A program made the position numbers and the translations under genes. Shown piece after piece: positions 25,712 through 39,914 of a stretch of 64,000 nt of DNA; within the stretch, counting starts at the first letter, position 1, and the number at the start of each line of letters is the position of its first letter. The stretch lies in the NCBI RefSeq assembly GCF_006345805.1, contig NC_042999.1, positions 143,034,001 through 143,098,000 on the forward strand, in the 5' to 3' direction. A model generated the notes under the pieces. The model searched no databases. It worked only from the letters and a program-made list of their open reading frames with translations, and had not been told where the DNA came from. This DNA comes from Octopus sinensis. Lineage: Eukaryota.

Positions 25712-25818
25712 TGGAAATTAATTTAGAAATCTGGGAATAAAAACAATAAAAGAAGGGAGTTAACTGCCGGTGACAAGCCAGAACTTGTTTTCTATACAAA
25801 TAATGTAAATCAGTTTAC

Positions 25819-26066
25819 CTTTACTTCGTTTATCTTGCTTCGTTCACACACAAGTTAATTGCTGATAGCGAGCTGCCAGTTTATAACTAAATAAATGGTA
25901 TTTTCACAATAATAACGTTGATTAGATTTTATAACTTATAACCACATTTTTTCGATTTATATTAATTTTCTAATTAACCAATCTTGAGTGAGGAAGACGC
26001 GGGGGGGGGGAGGGAGGTTACGCAGTGAAGTTCAGGGAGACAACTTCTTCAGCATCCGGTCTCACA
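25819..26066. promoter_or_regulatory. Bidirectional promoter and first-exon region between TMEM234(/LIG4) and NDUFA6
   Basis: Only 248 bp between the minus-strand donor at 25818 and the NDUFA6 ATG at 26067; CpG-containing with a G-rich GC-box-like tract at about 25998-26016. TSS positions not determinable. Confidence 0.7.
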
Positions 26067-29000
26067 ATGGCTGCTTCACGCGCTTCGGTTCAGGGTATGA
26101 AGCTTGTGAAACCCATACTCTCTGTCGACAGCACCGAAGCTCGGAGAAGGGTCCTAAATTTATACAAGGCTTGGTATAGACATTTACCGTACTTAGGTAA
26201 GGCTTTCCTTCCTTTCTAGCTATTCTAGAAATAAGTTTATCTTGTAGGTTGTTGTATGTCATTGTGAAGGACACGTAAAAGTGATTTTGTTTTCTTCTAT
26301 TTTTATTAATAAATCAGTTATTGAAATTGAATTTTTTATTCTTTTTACTCGTTTTGTTACTTTTATGAACGAAACTTCTCTGTCATTTATAGACATAACC
26401 AAACACAGGAGGTTTGACAGTCGTATCAAAGGTTACTTTTGTTCTGTCGTTCTAAAGATGTTTATTCTGCTAATTCGGTAGACTTCTTTCAGTTACATCA
26501 ATTGCACATCGTATGTATTTGAAGAATTATCGATTCAACAGAACACGGGAGTTATCTCATATTTCAAATCAGTATATGTTTGAATGTCGGAAAAATTTGT
26601 AAATTTACTCGTATATTCGGATATTGTTTCAAAAACACTCGTCTAAAAAGAAAACATTTGTTAACCTCAAAGTCAACCCTCATTAAACAATTAAGATCGA
26701 AAGCATTTTAAGCCATGACCACCTTGTAACACATTATTTATATATCCCTCTTTATATGTTGGACATCATATAGTTCAGTGCGGGCTAAGATATTGAGCAT
26801 AGTGAGCTATTTTTACACCTTAATTGGAATTAAATCCGTAATAAAACAGTCATTAAGGTAAGGGCGAGAACTCCGATATTTATAGTGTTGAAAACGAAAC
26901 GAGAACATCCCAGAGAAACAAGATGGAACAGGTAGGATAAAACCAGAGGTGAGGGCACTCGGTTGATTAGCGAGTTTGATCTTAGGAGGAATGCGGTTGA
27001 CAACTGTTTTGTCACAGTATTTTCAAAGTTCCTTTGCAGAGTAGTGTCTAACAGTCATAGCCAAACTGCGGCCCTCGGGACCTTCTGAATGGTATGCCTT
27101 GAATTTTTAGTAGTACGACTAGTCTCATGATGTGTCATATCTCGTGCAGCCTGCTTCTCGGAAAAGGTTGCCTATACCTGGTCTAATAAATACAGATCGT
27201 AAAACAACTTTGAGAGAAAATTTGTAATTATCATTCACAACGAAAGATTTCCAAATACTTAAAAGTCGCTTAATAAATAATCTAATCCGCTGGTATTTTA
27301 GATTTTAACTTTTCTAATAAGAACACTTGTTTTAACTTAAGTAACAAAGGCCTACAAATAGAATACTTGCTACACTACAACAAACACGACAAAGTGATCG
27401 TGTCGTGTCGTAAACAATCTTAAGAGTTTGGAGGCGGGGCAAAATGAGTAATTTCTGATTTCTTGTTATTTCCCCCAACCTATTTTCAATCATTACATCA
27501 CAATTATTGCATAATGTTAGGAATAAAAATTGGTCAGCATTGTTGGTATTGTAATTGAGAGAGTTTGAAACATAGGTAACGTACTTTTTTCCAAGAAATT
27601 TTCCTTCAACTTTGACCTGATCCAAATTGAGGTTGCTAATAAAATATCTAGATACTTTTTAGTGTCTAATAATCAATATTCTTTTCTCTGTTGGATTCCA
27701 AGTCAATTTCTTCCCACAGTAATGTTTAATTTAATAGTTTTCAATTTTCAAAGGATGATGTCTAATGCGGGGCAAAATGAGTAATAACTATTTTCAATAT
27801 GTTCACTTTAATTGCATGGTGCATCAGGAATAGAGCTACACCAACTGATCGTGAAGAAGCTATAGAGAATATTTTATGTTGAGTTTAGATTTAGTCGTGT
27901 TTTGTTAATTTCATATGTGCCATGTTTTCATGATTCTCTTTCATTTGACCTAGATATTTAAAATTTTTCTTGCATTTCTGATTTTTCTGATGTCCAATGA
28001 TGGATATTGATGTGCATGAGTATTTCTTCAGATGTAATTCTGGAGAATTGAAAAGGCAAATTTACCTTATCTTGTCTTACTCATTTTGCCCCATCTAAAT
28101 CTGTCTATTATTTTGCTCAAAGAGAAGAGAGATAATTTTCCAAAACAGTGTTCTGAATATATTATTTTTAATGTATTTAGAGAAGATCATTTGCTTAGCT
28201 GATACAGCTTATGTATGGTAGTGAACATTTGTAAAAAAATTTTTTTCTCATAGTCAAAAATGCAGTAAATTTTACACATTGTGCCTCACCTCATACTTTT
28301 CATCATGAAAGTTAAAACAAAAGTGATCCTATTAAAAAAGTTAAATATTTTAAAGAATGAAAATAAAATACTAATGGATTATTAAACAAATTATTTAACA
28401 AGTGACATTTAATAATCTATCCTGGATTGTTTTGATTTTGTTATTAGAATTGCTTCTTTCATCTTCGTGTGTTTCTATTTCAGTGCGTGATTATGATGTT
28501 CCTTTGACTATAGGAGAATGTAAAAACAAACTTCGAGAATTATTTTTGAAAAACCAACATGTTACAGATCTTAGAACTATCGACGTACTTGTCATTAAGG
28601 TATTTATTTTGGAAATATTTTTCTTGTGGAAATTGAGCCTTCATAAAATATCAAAGTAAAATTTATTTAATTGGTAAATATTTGATTTCAGAATATATTA
28701 GTTGTTTCTACCTCAATTTCTATTGAATTTGATTTCATTAATCAACATGACAAATAAGCTCATCCATCTTCAAACTATACTCGCAAAAAAAATTTGTGTG
28801 CATCACTGTAAGCTATCAAAATGTTCATAGATTACAAGGTTTCCATTGCTGCAATCATTGAATCGTAGCATTCAGTCAATCATATCTATTTACAGTTAAG
28901 TCAGCTGAGTCATTTGGGAATTTGGGGTTAGAGCAATGGAGATAAAATATCATCGGTGTCAGGATATGCACTTTAGAATTACCTTAAATTTTTAGTTGTA

Positions 29001-31677
29001 AGTGTTGGGCTGCAGCCAATGATAATTTTAGACCCACCTATTTCTAGATAGGTGCAGGAATGGGTGTATGGTTAGAGGTTCACTTGGCAACCATGTGTTT
29101 TCGGTTGCTGCCCACCATGCAGTAGCTTGGGCAAATATTTTCTACTATAGTCTTGGGATGACCAAAGCCTTGTGTGGGAGTTTGTTAAACAAAACAAAAC
29201 CTGTCATCTTTGTGTGTCCATCCTTTTTTGTCTTGTGATTACTTGCCAATTATAAACAAACATCACTGTCACACAAGCAGTGACATTTGCAGTCTTCTGT
29301 GAAAACATGAACAGGAGGAAATATTACCTTGCTTTGAAACAGGTTGGTGACAGGTAAAGCGTTTAATCATTCTGCTTCAATGAATCACATCTAATCCATG
29401 TGAGCATGGAAAAGTAGACATTGAAACAATGATGATGATGATGAATTAGGGGAGGATAGACATAACTGGGTGTAGTTACTCAGGTAAGTGTTCAATTTGA
29501 ATTATAGTTATTAGTGGTTGAAGGGGAAAAAACTTCAGTGGATAGATTGTTCATGATCTGAGGAATCAAGAAAAAGGACATGGATGCATTTAGTTGATTT
29601 ATGGTGAAGTGAGTGTAAAACTGTTATTGTAATAGAAGAGAAAGAGATAAAATACATGTTGACAGGCAACAATGGGCAGTAAAGACTTACTTATTTGACA
29701 AATAACATTTTAAATGAATTTGTGTATGGGTGGAGGTGTAATCTCTTGTCTCAGATATATGAACAGTAATGTATTGAAGAGCATTGGGGTGAGATGGAAA
29801 GCAAGCTTTTCCAATGATACAAAATATTTGTAGCTTGATACACACCTAATTCCAGACTTATTATTTAGACAGCTAGTGTCTTATGTGATGTATATAATTC
29901 ATTGGTAGCTGAATCTCCATAAATCATTGTAATAAATTATTCTATTCTACTTATTGTATTGAATACTTTTTCTATCATTTACACTTAGTGTATATGTGTG
30001 GGGGAAGGTATGTGGTTAGGGTGTTGCACCCCAACACAGCTCCCATGACTTTCGGAAACATTTTTTCACGCTCAGAGTTGCTGAAGCATGGTATAAACTG
30101 CCTGCGTCAGTTGTTGACTGCCATGACACTGCATCCTTTAAGGCCCTCATGCTTCCCGAAATCCGTCGAAACTACACCTGATTATATATGCACTTTAGAT
30201 GAGTTGTAGTGCACCTGAGCACTGTACACAATGTTTATTATTATTATAAAATCATGGTTTTGATTCCTGTACCAAGCAGTGCATTGTGTTTAGCAAATAC
30301 TTCATTTCATATGTGCCAGTTCACTCAGCTGTAAAGAGTTCAAGCCATAGCTGGAAAGTTAACTCAACAACAAACTGGTGTCCTGTTCAGGAGCAGCATT
30401 GTAATATCAGTCATTTATACATCTTGGAAACCAGGTTCAGCCTTATGAGTTCTAGGGTTATTGACAGCTCTAAGTATATATATGTGTGTAGGTGTATGTT
30501 TGAGTTCCCTTGTTTTGACACTGTGATAATTGTAGATGAGTGTCACCATCATACAAGTGGTGTCGTTTGTTTCCATCTTTGGTGAAAACATGCAGCCATG
30601 TGGAAATATTACCTTGCTTGGAAATGGATGTATGTTGGTGACAGGTAGGGCATCTGCCTGTAGAAACTGTACCTCAAAAAATTCCATCTGACTCTTTCAA
30701 GTATAGAAAGGATACTTTAAAATGATGATATCAAAACAAACACACACACACACGCGCGTGCTTTGCAAGGGGAATAACTGCAGTGACAAACAAGTTTCAA
30801 AAATTGCAGCATTTACAGTTCAGATTAGCAGGTGATGAAGTTACTGAAAATTTGTTGGAATGCAACGTGTGTTTCTAATTTTGATTGAATAAGTTAGGCA
30901 GAGTTGAACGATGTTTGTCACTTAGAAACAATGCTGATATTAGGACAGATCTTGTGATATTTTAGGCCAAGGTTCAGTACTTTTACCTCACAGCTTTCTT
31001 TTATTTGGAAAGTTTTCTTTCTTAAGCTCAAATTTTATAAAATGTTCATGTCTTTCTCAAAAACATTAACCAACAAGGGAGCCTCCATATAGTTGCTCAG
31101 TCTGCCAGAAGTAGCTGTCAAATCTCTCTCAAATTGCACTATACTATTTTAAGTAAAGCAAGATACACTGGGTAATATAATCAGGATGGTGACAGATGAA
31201 ATGTCTTTGCTCATAGGTATGCTCACCCAGAGATGACCTGAGTTAAACAACAATAGCATGTAAGTGAATTAGCTTCAAATAGGAATCAAAACTAGCTCAC
31301 CTTACTGTTTGCTTATCCTTATTCTGTTACTTAAATTTATATTTCCAGAGAAGTTGAAAATTATGCACAATGATAGACTCACTAGTTATGTGTTCAAATA
31401 CTACTTGTGACAGATTATGTTTAATGATTATTATAAAGGTAAAATAATATATAAAGATGTAAAATACATTCCCAGTAATAACAAACAATATTTTTTTATA
31501 TGTCCTGTAAATTATTGAAGATAACTAACTTTGTCTTGTTCATTCCAGGGTCAAATGGAGTTGGTGGAGACCATGGAAGTCTGGAAACAGAGACATCATA
31601 TTATGAAATATTTCAGGGATTCTGAGAACCCTCGACCTGCAGATTTTCTATCCAAATTCTATGATGGCAGTGATTAG
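26067..31677 (+). CDS. NDUFA6: NADH:ubiquinone oxidoreductase subunit A6 (LYRM6), 3 exons, 124 aa
   Basis: Exons 26067-26196, 28484-28599, 31549-31677, GT-AG, phases 1 and 0. Protein [10 protein letters not shown]...[15 protein letters not shown]...[33 protein letters not shown]...[17 protein letters not shown] at 31764-31769. Confidence 0.97.
27430..28100. mobile_element. MITE-like DNA element with a repeated GGGGCAAAATGAGTAA motif (NDUFA6 intron 1)
   Basis: Motif at 27436-27451 and 27769-27784 (plus) and inverted at 28077-28092. Confidence 0.45.
30032..30247 (+). mobile_element. 5'-truncated CR1-clade LINE 3' end nested in a SINE head (NDUFA6 intron 2)
   Basis: 30032-30181 translates [40 protein letters not shown]...* (CR1 RT C-terminus). 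Followed by a short 3' UTR and (TTA)n tail; SINE head sequence on both sides. Confidence 0.8.
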
Positions 31678-34600
31678 TTCCACTTCCATAAAGTTGCTCT
31701 TGTTTTGTATATTAACTTTTGTAGGTTTGTTGGGGCATTGTTTTGTGTAACAAACAAATAGGCAATAAACTTATATGAAAAATTTGTTGTCGTTGTTGAG
31801 TATATAGTTAGTTGTGTTGAAACATGTCTGGTTGTAGAGGTAACTGTTGGAACATTTAAGAGAGGTAAATAATCTGTCATAGAATAAATCTGCTGTTTTA
31901 ACCTGAACTGAAATCATGTGATGATGGTGGAGGTAGTGACAGTGATGACAAGATGGTGATGAAACTTAATGAGACTTCATTTGGAGCAGTTTTGTCAGCA
32001 GCACAGTCTTTTGAAGATGTTGAATCAAGCCTAATTATGTATATTCAGTGTTTACAGTGGAACAAATCTTTGTGAATTTGATCTGGAATCTACATTTAAT
32101 CAGGATAGACATTTCCTATGAGTTCTGTGTTCTATCATTCTCTAAAATCTCTCAGACTATTTTGACAAAAACTCTTTATTGTTAATTTAAATATTAATGA
32201 AGTTCACAGTCAACATTAAAATAGTTGTTTAATTATAATTTGGTGACCAGATTTATTTAGTTGATTGATCAATATTGGATCTATTTGACAACTAGCATTG
32301 GTCTGAATATGTACCAATGAAATTCTTGTGGTCAGTTACATTAACTTTAGTCATCCTTGTGCACTATTAGAAATCATTACAGTTGTTCTTTGTTCATTTT
32401 TCTGCAAACTTTATTTCCTATTTGTTCTACTATCTTCATTATATTTATCTATCTGTAGTAATACTGCTCAGGTTATTGTTATCCAATATATTTATAGATT
32501 TTATGTCCATGATATGTCCAGTCTAGGTGGTTGATCAGCAGAGATGGCAGAACATTGAACAGATTGCTTTGCTGTAATCATTCTAGCTCTCTCCATTCTG
32601 AGCTCTAATCTTGCCAAAATCAACTTTGCTTTTCATCCCTTTAGGCGGATAAATAGAATAGCAGTTCTGTACTGGGGTAGATTCTTATCTAACACTTTCT
32701 CTCTTTCTTCTGGAAAAAAATTGATTGAGGTCAAATCTGGAGAGGTATTGGCTCCATCAAGTGTGAAATGTTCAAGACATGCTGTATTTCTTGATGGCAC
32801 TCGTACAGCTTCACCAATGAGTTACAGGCCCATGGCATGATATAACATGTCCAAACTATCATAATTTCATTTATCATGAATCATCCAAGTTTTTAAATCT
32901 TTTGAATACTTACATTTTTCGATCCCCATAACACATCTTACACAAAATAAGTCTCAAATCATGGATGTCCCTTGATAATTCTCTTGAGATCATTATTACT
33001 ATAGAAAACTGTTGTTTACCTTGTTTTATTGATCATACTGATGAATTTTCTAAAGTCTTCAATTATTTTAATAAAAACCTGCAACATAGATACCTCTTGT
33101 GATACTTTGTTAGGGGAATCACTGCTGAAAATAAAGCATTGAGATAATTTTCTATGAAGAAGACACTTGAAAAAGCTTTTGTGTCTATTTGAATTTAGGG
33201 TTCTGAAAGATAAGAATTTTGTTTGTTACACTATGTTTATAGAGGCTATGAGCACATCACGATACCAATATATTTACTGGTAGTTGGTCTGGGACAACAG
33301 GAGTTTGTTAATCTTGACTTGGAATATTGTACAATGGTTGATGCACCCATTGAGCTTTTGAACTCAAACAAAACCATTTCTTTATTACACACCTGGTTGT
33401 GGTGATAGTAGTGGTTAGTTCTTAACCCTATTGAACTTAGTTCCGCAACTTAACGAAACACCTATTAGCTTTACAGTGCTCCCATTGTGTACATTTGTGA
33501 ACTATACCATTCTGTGGTATCTAAATGAACTTGGCTGTTAATGCAATTCCAAGGTGACAACAGTATATTGACCAATTATTGTTTGTTCAATATCTTACCT
33601 TCTTCATCATTCACTTTTTTAGACACATCAAATTTATCATGTTCCATTGGGAATAGTTTCCTTTTGCTGTACGTATTCTGCTGCTATTTAATGTATTATG
33701 GCTGGAAATATTGTACACTAGATATTTATATTGTGAAGAGGGATGGACAAAAAAACCCTACTGAATTGGATCACTCAATGTATCTTAATGTAAGTGGTCT
33801 CACACTGGTAAGGAAAATGTGACTATGTAATGTTGATCTTGTTTTTTGTGTAAGGCATGTGAGATGGCTACAACAAAGAAATAAAACTTTAGCCACAAAT
33901 AATGAAAATAAATCGGTCTTTAATCAACAAAGTTTTGATATCTAAAACTTGAAACACACAAAAACAAAAATAAATTTTCCAGTCAAGAAATATCTAAAAA
34001 GACAGTCTAAATTCATTGAAGAAAAAATAATTTGTCATGAATGCGATGGTGTGAGTAAAAATGTTTTATTCAGCTTGTTTGTTGCTGTTAAAACTTTTTA
34101 TTCAACAAAACCATGTTTTTTTGTTTTTTTTTTGAGGAGGATAAGAAATGGGAAGCTGTGCTGTTCATATTTTTCCTAAAGGTGTTGGCATATGTGAAAG
34201 GCAAAGCAAAAAGCAAAAGCACATTGTGGATTTGTCTCTCAAATATATATATATTTTTTGGTGCTTGGTGAAGAGATATGTAGCTTTGTTGTCTAAGTTT
34301 TTCATTTCAACACAAATGATCATGGCTGATTTCTGAAATTGATCAGATGAAATAGAAATTGTTGTCTGATCAAATTCACTCTTTTGCTGGCTTTGGCTAG
34401 TGATCTTTGACCATACTAGGTTACTGCCATCATAAGAATATTTCTTTGAAGATATATGGTTTAATAGTTTGAACTTTTCCTTTCTCTGTTGATGCACTTC
34501 TTTGATTTGGAGTTTGTTGTATGTTTTGTTTGCAATATACAAATTTATCTGTCTATTTGAGGTATGAAAATGTTTGATTCAAATGTTTGGATTATGAGTT

Positions 34601-37470
34601 CAGTCAAGAGACTTTAGTTCAAATTTGAATATGTCTAATTTCTAATTGTCAGATAATCTGGTGCAACAGTTTAGATAATTGTAATTCTCTCTAATTCAGT
34701 CATCTGAAAGATTAGTTTAACAGAAAGAGAATGTATGCTTGAATTTCTGGAAAATCTTGATTTGGTTTTGAGATTCTTTTCCATCACTCCAAAAATTATT
34801 TCATGAATTACTGCTTCATCAGTACAGTGGAGAAAAAAATCACCGGGCTACCTTTGAAAAAAAAAAAAAAAAAACCTGAAAGAACTTCTGTGACACCATT
34901 GAAATAATATGGAAAATAAGCTTTTGGTAATGCCATACAAATGCTCCATTTGAGTAAATGTGCTGAAAATTTAAATCTAAGACTCAAAAGTAAATTATGA
35001 TTATGTAAATTCTATACAGGAATATAAACATTTATTAAATAGATGGGAAACCTTAGATTTAGAGAATGAAGGGTATAGGGAATTGCAAAATTCATTTTGG
35101 TAGATATTAGCTACATAAAAGAAGAAACTATCAATCAGCTATCAAGATTTGACTTTAATTCCAACTTGATGTTATTTAAACCAATGACATAATAATAATA
35201 ACTTTGTATTTCTTCTTTAAATATTTCTGGTTTTACATTTCTATAAGAATGTTGGATTGGATAGTGTATTTTATGTAGTTTGATACTTTACTGCGTCAAG
35301 TTCAGATTTCACTGGAAGTGTCTGACTTTCAACTCTTGGGATGACAAAATAATTACCAGTAATATATTGAACTCAAAAGAATATCAACTTGAAACACACA
35401 AAAACAAAAAAACAACAAACTTGTATTCAATTTAGGTAAATTAGCTCATGTTTAGCCCCTGGTCTGTCCTGAGTGAGAAAACTTATGATCAAAGATGTTC
35501 CAACAGAGATCATCCTATCATATTTCTGACATAATGTATCTACATTATTGAATGTGTCCTTCATTTTGTAAGCACCATAAAGTGACAAGCAGATCTCTTG
35601 ACTGTGTATGATATTGCCTGACTGGCATGGTGAGCTCTCAGCAAACTGAAACTACTCTGTGAATTTAATCCATAATCAAAGTGATTCCACTGTTAAGTAA
35701 AGAGGAAATCAGATATGCCACAACTTTCATGTTCTTCCTTATAAAAGTCAAGGATTCTTGAGCATTTTGAGAAGTGATGAAAATTATTATCCAGTGTATA
35801 CTCTCAAGCTGTATTCCTTTCATTATTTGAACTAAATTACAACTAAAATTTACTTTAAGAATCCAAATAATGAAGTGATATTTCGAGTACTAATATGAAA
35901 TTGAACCAGTCTCTTGATCTTGAGCTATGTGTTTCAGCTCAGGATCTTACAAGTTAGTCTGCATTAGAAGTTATTTTAGAAAGAATGATTAAATATTATA
36001 TAAGAAGATATTTCCTTTTCTTAGATGAAAAAATAACTATGAGCCAGTACAGAAGTTTTGACATGGTCAGAAGACCTGCTGAAAATAGTAGCTAAATGCT
36101 CTCAAATCCTAATCATGTTAAAACTGGAAAGAATGTATTAGACAACGTAGTCTATGATATACCTAAAAAGACATGATGGTCAAGGCTAGAATGTCTTTGA
36201 TCAAAGTTTTCTAATTCAGGCTGACCAGTGGTTAAATAACAATAATTACAGCTTTATTTATCCACCCTCACAATTGAGAGAGAGCCAGTAACTGGATTTT
36301 TGCAGATTCTATCAACAAATGATCAGCTCTGTTGGCTTCAGATTATGGAATGCTGAATTTGTGATGTTCATACTATTCCCAAGAGTATAAACAGATTAGA
36401 TGAAATATTTGCTGTGGAGAATCCAAATTAGTTCATAGACTTGGTTTTCTGGGAGCTTCTCACCTTTTGATATTTACATCTCTTGAACTGTTAACAAAAG
36501 GTAAAAAAGGGCCAGTGTTGGTGTTTATTCTGTTACAATACACTGAGTGGATGAAAGTAAAATCCTTGCACCACTTATAATCAATGCACCCTCTGAGCTG
36601 TGCACCTTTTTTTAATGCAGCTAATGCACAAAGGAAAAATGTATGCACTTAAGTTTTCCAAGATGAAACTGACTTTTTTTAAATTGAAGATGTTTACTTG
36701 CCAGGATGCCAACATATGCTGCTAAGAAAGACAAAATTTGCACACAAGCAAATTTTTGCACACATCCTCTAAAAAAATTAGTGAGAACATTGCCTATAAT
36801 ATGTTATTTTAAACATTAGTGATTAAAAATTGGAGGGGAAAAAAAAAGAAAAGAAAGGATAAAATAAAATGGGCAAATTGAGGAATATTGTATATTTCTC
36901 CAGACAGCATATTTCTGTGGAGGAGGCATAATGCAGAATTTTTTTCTCTGTGTATAATAAATCATTTTACATGTCTGCATTAATATGCATGCTATGCATC
37001 AAACAATACAATTGAATATTTACAAATCAATGCAGATAAAGAAAGCTAGCTCATCAGATCATGGTTACATCGATGCTTCAACTCTAAGTATGCCTTATGG
37101 GGCAGCAACTTCAACAGTATGCAAAAAATGGTGGAAGTATTAAATATAATAGAGACTAGAATGTTATATGCCAACAGGTAAATTGTGTCTTACAAATAGT
37201 AGATTATCTGAATGTGAGCTATTATACATTATTTATTACTAAGGTGAGACCAAATTATGGTTAACCAAGGCAGAGAATTATCCATTTGTATTGATCTGGG
37301 TTAAAAGTTTATTAGTGGTGGTATAATAGTTAAGTGAAAGGTTAGGTATAGTTATGACATAAGATCAATTTATATTTGAGGTGGGAGCTAGGTATCTTTA
37401 CAGGTAGTAAAATGTTTGAATGCGGTCTAATACTTTATCTATCACTAACGTGAAAATAATATATATATAC

Positions 37471-37790
37471 ATATCCCAAATAAGCAACAAGGATATTCAA
37501 GTGTAGTACAATTGTTTCATGCTACTTCATTTCATTAAACACTGTAAGTATTATATCAGTTTTAAAATGTCAAGCAATCTTCAGCCACATATAGAATTTT
37601 TTAATTAAACGGACAATGCACATAGGTATAAGAATGTGCATTGTCCGTTTAATTAAAAATTTCTATATGTGGCTGAAGATTGCTTGACATTTTAAAACTG
37701 ATGTAATACTTACAGTGTTTAATAAAATGAAGTAGCATGAAACAATTGTACTACACTACCTTGGATATTCTTGTTGCTTATTTTGGATAT
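37471..37790. repeat. Long fold-back palindrome (123-bp core arms, 3 mismatches, 10-nt loop)
   Basis: 37501-37623 pairs with 37634-37756; outer arms extend with an indel. Confidence 0.95.
37668..37755 (+). ncRNA. Minimal type I hammerhead ribozyme (mirror copy on minus strand at 37502-37589)
   Basis: Stem I UGUGG/CUACA; core CUGAAGA 37673-79; stem II UGCU/AGCA after a U-U pair; GAAAC 37739-43; palindromic stem III ACAAUUGU; GUA cleavage triplet (cut after 37750). Confidence 0.7.
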
Positions 37791-38946
37791 ATATGATAAT
37801 ATTTTGAATGTGACTCCTGAGAAACAGTAAAAGTAATTACCCAATCAACGACGGCTATTACTGCTAGCGTATAGAGTACACTTACCAGTTCGTTTTCCAC
37901 TCATTATATATATATATATATCGTAAATATGAAGATAATAAATTAAAATAATTTATTACCAGTGGTTAGCTTGCATAAATAAAAGTCATGAGACAACATA
38001 TTTTTAAAAATATAAGAGTGTATAAAATATTTTTTATACACAAAGAGGAGTTATTTCATTTTTTCCAGAAATACGTTTTTAAAAAGTTTTAGAGATTTAA
38101 AGTTTGACCATTTTCACCCAGTCAGGAGAGAGGATCAAATTTTAAACCTCTATGGTTGATTGTAATCAAAATTCAGAGTTGCATCTATACACCAAAATTG
38201 AAAGCAATCCGAGCAAAATTAAAGGGGGCTGATTTTGTGAATCAATTTAACTAGATCCGATATCTCTTTCTTGTAGCCACTATTAATTAATGAGCTTCTT
38301 AATGAGAAGGTTGAAAAAAAATGTTCCCCTAATATGGAACACAGCGTGGAATTTGTATCCAAAGTTTCACACCTAGAGTAATGAGGCCATATCATTGATG
38401 AGGTTGCGAATGACGATGAGAGGGCTTTGGCAAACTAATTGATCAACTGATCGAATGATTAATGAAACATTCAATTAGTTAATTAGCTAACATGTTGATA
38501 ACAATAATAAAAATAAGTGAAATAGAATCAATGCACATGTTTATATTGGCAAAAAGACTGACTATTTCAAGCTACAAAAACATTTATTTCAACACATAAT
38601 TTCAGGTTAAGAATTTTGCGACACAAATACAAATACAATATACCCTGGAGACTTATTGTAATATTTGGTTCTGAATTTTTTGAATTCCATGCTGTTCAAC
38701 AGAAATAGCTCGTTTAATTACCTTCTCATTGTACATTTAATCAGCTGTCCTCTGCATTTAAAGTATAATTTATGCTAAAATATAAACTTTATTGACTCCA
38801 TGTTCCCTTATCTTATAATGGTTTTAAATGTTATATTTCAATATCTTGAAACCTTCTTCATTTTTCTCTATTCACTCTGATATAATTCGTTTGAAGACTA
38901 ATCACTAACTAAGCGTGCGCGCACACACACATACATACATATATTT

Positions 38947-38999
<53 letters not shown>

Positions 39000-39254
39000 A
39001 TTGACATTTCTGTGATAATGATCCCTATTGATCAAATTTTTTTTCCTTCCCACCACCTTTTTTTTTTTTAATTATATCCCCCCCCCCTTATTTTGTCCTC
39101 TTTCTTTCCATTTACAATCCCTTTTGATCAAAAACCAAACCCCCTTCTTTTACCCCCAAAAGAAAAGCTCTACCTTGTAATTTTGTCCTGTCTGTGTGCA
39201 GCCCTGTGGGGCTAATAAAGAAACATATCTATCTGTCTATCTATCTATCTGTTT

Positions 39255-39296
<42 letters not shown>

Positions 39297-39297
39297 G

Positions 39298-39375
<78 letters not shown>

Positions 39376-39473
39376 AATAACAAAGGGTAAAATTAATCAA
39401 TTAAGAAGTAATCAATAATTTCACCAAGGAGAATTCGGCATGAAAAAGGACCATTTCATGGTAAACTTAAGTA

Positions 39474-39914
39474 ATACTTTATAATTAGGGTTCAGCAAAG
39501 ATTTGCTTTACCACATACCGAAGTTTAGAAATAGCAGCCAAAAAACCTTAGCTATTTCTTCTACTTTAAAAAGGGACTCCCAGAAAAACCAAAATACTTG
39601 AAAACAATCCACGCAGGCAGAGAGGAAAAATAACGAAAATCAATCTATATCTGGTCACCCATGTATGCGCGTTTCGGAATTAGATCGGTATAAAGAATAT
39701 AGAATTATACTTTACCCAACCATTTTCTTCATCAGCATGGGACTCCAACAATATTAAATATTAAAAATATTAAATTCGAAGGTACTGGAAGAATTGAACA
39801 TATCTCTCCATCTACTTTTTAAAGTAGAAGAAATAGCTAAGGTTTTTTGGCTGCTATTTCTAAAATTCGGTATGTGGTAAAGCAAATCTTTGCTGAACCC
39901 TAATTATAAAGTAT
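39474..39914. mobile_element. Penelope-like non-autonomous element with ~100-bp inverted arms enclosing a hammerhead
   Basis: 39474-39573 is inverted at 39815-39914; a third partial arm at 39961-40012; abuts TA microsatellite. Confidence 0.65.
39658..39741 (-). ncRNA. Type I hammerhead ribozyme relic with one stem III lesion
   Basis: Stem I CCCAUG/CAUGGG (6 bp perfect); CUGAUGA; long stem II; CGAAAC-GCGC-AUA. ACGCGCAU is one CpG-type change from the palindrome ACGCGCGU. Confidence 0.6.

Noticed and set aside
34165-36648. ORFs 34165-34542 and 36460-36648 and nearby splice-like sites as a possible extra gene
   Set aside because: No recognisable domain, stops in flanking frames, no coherent exon chain
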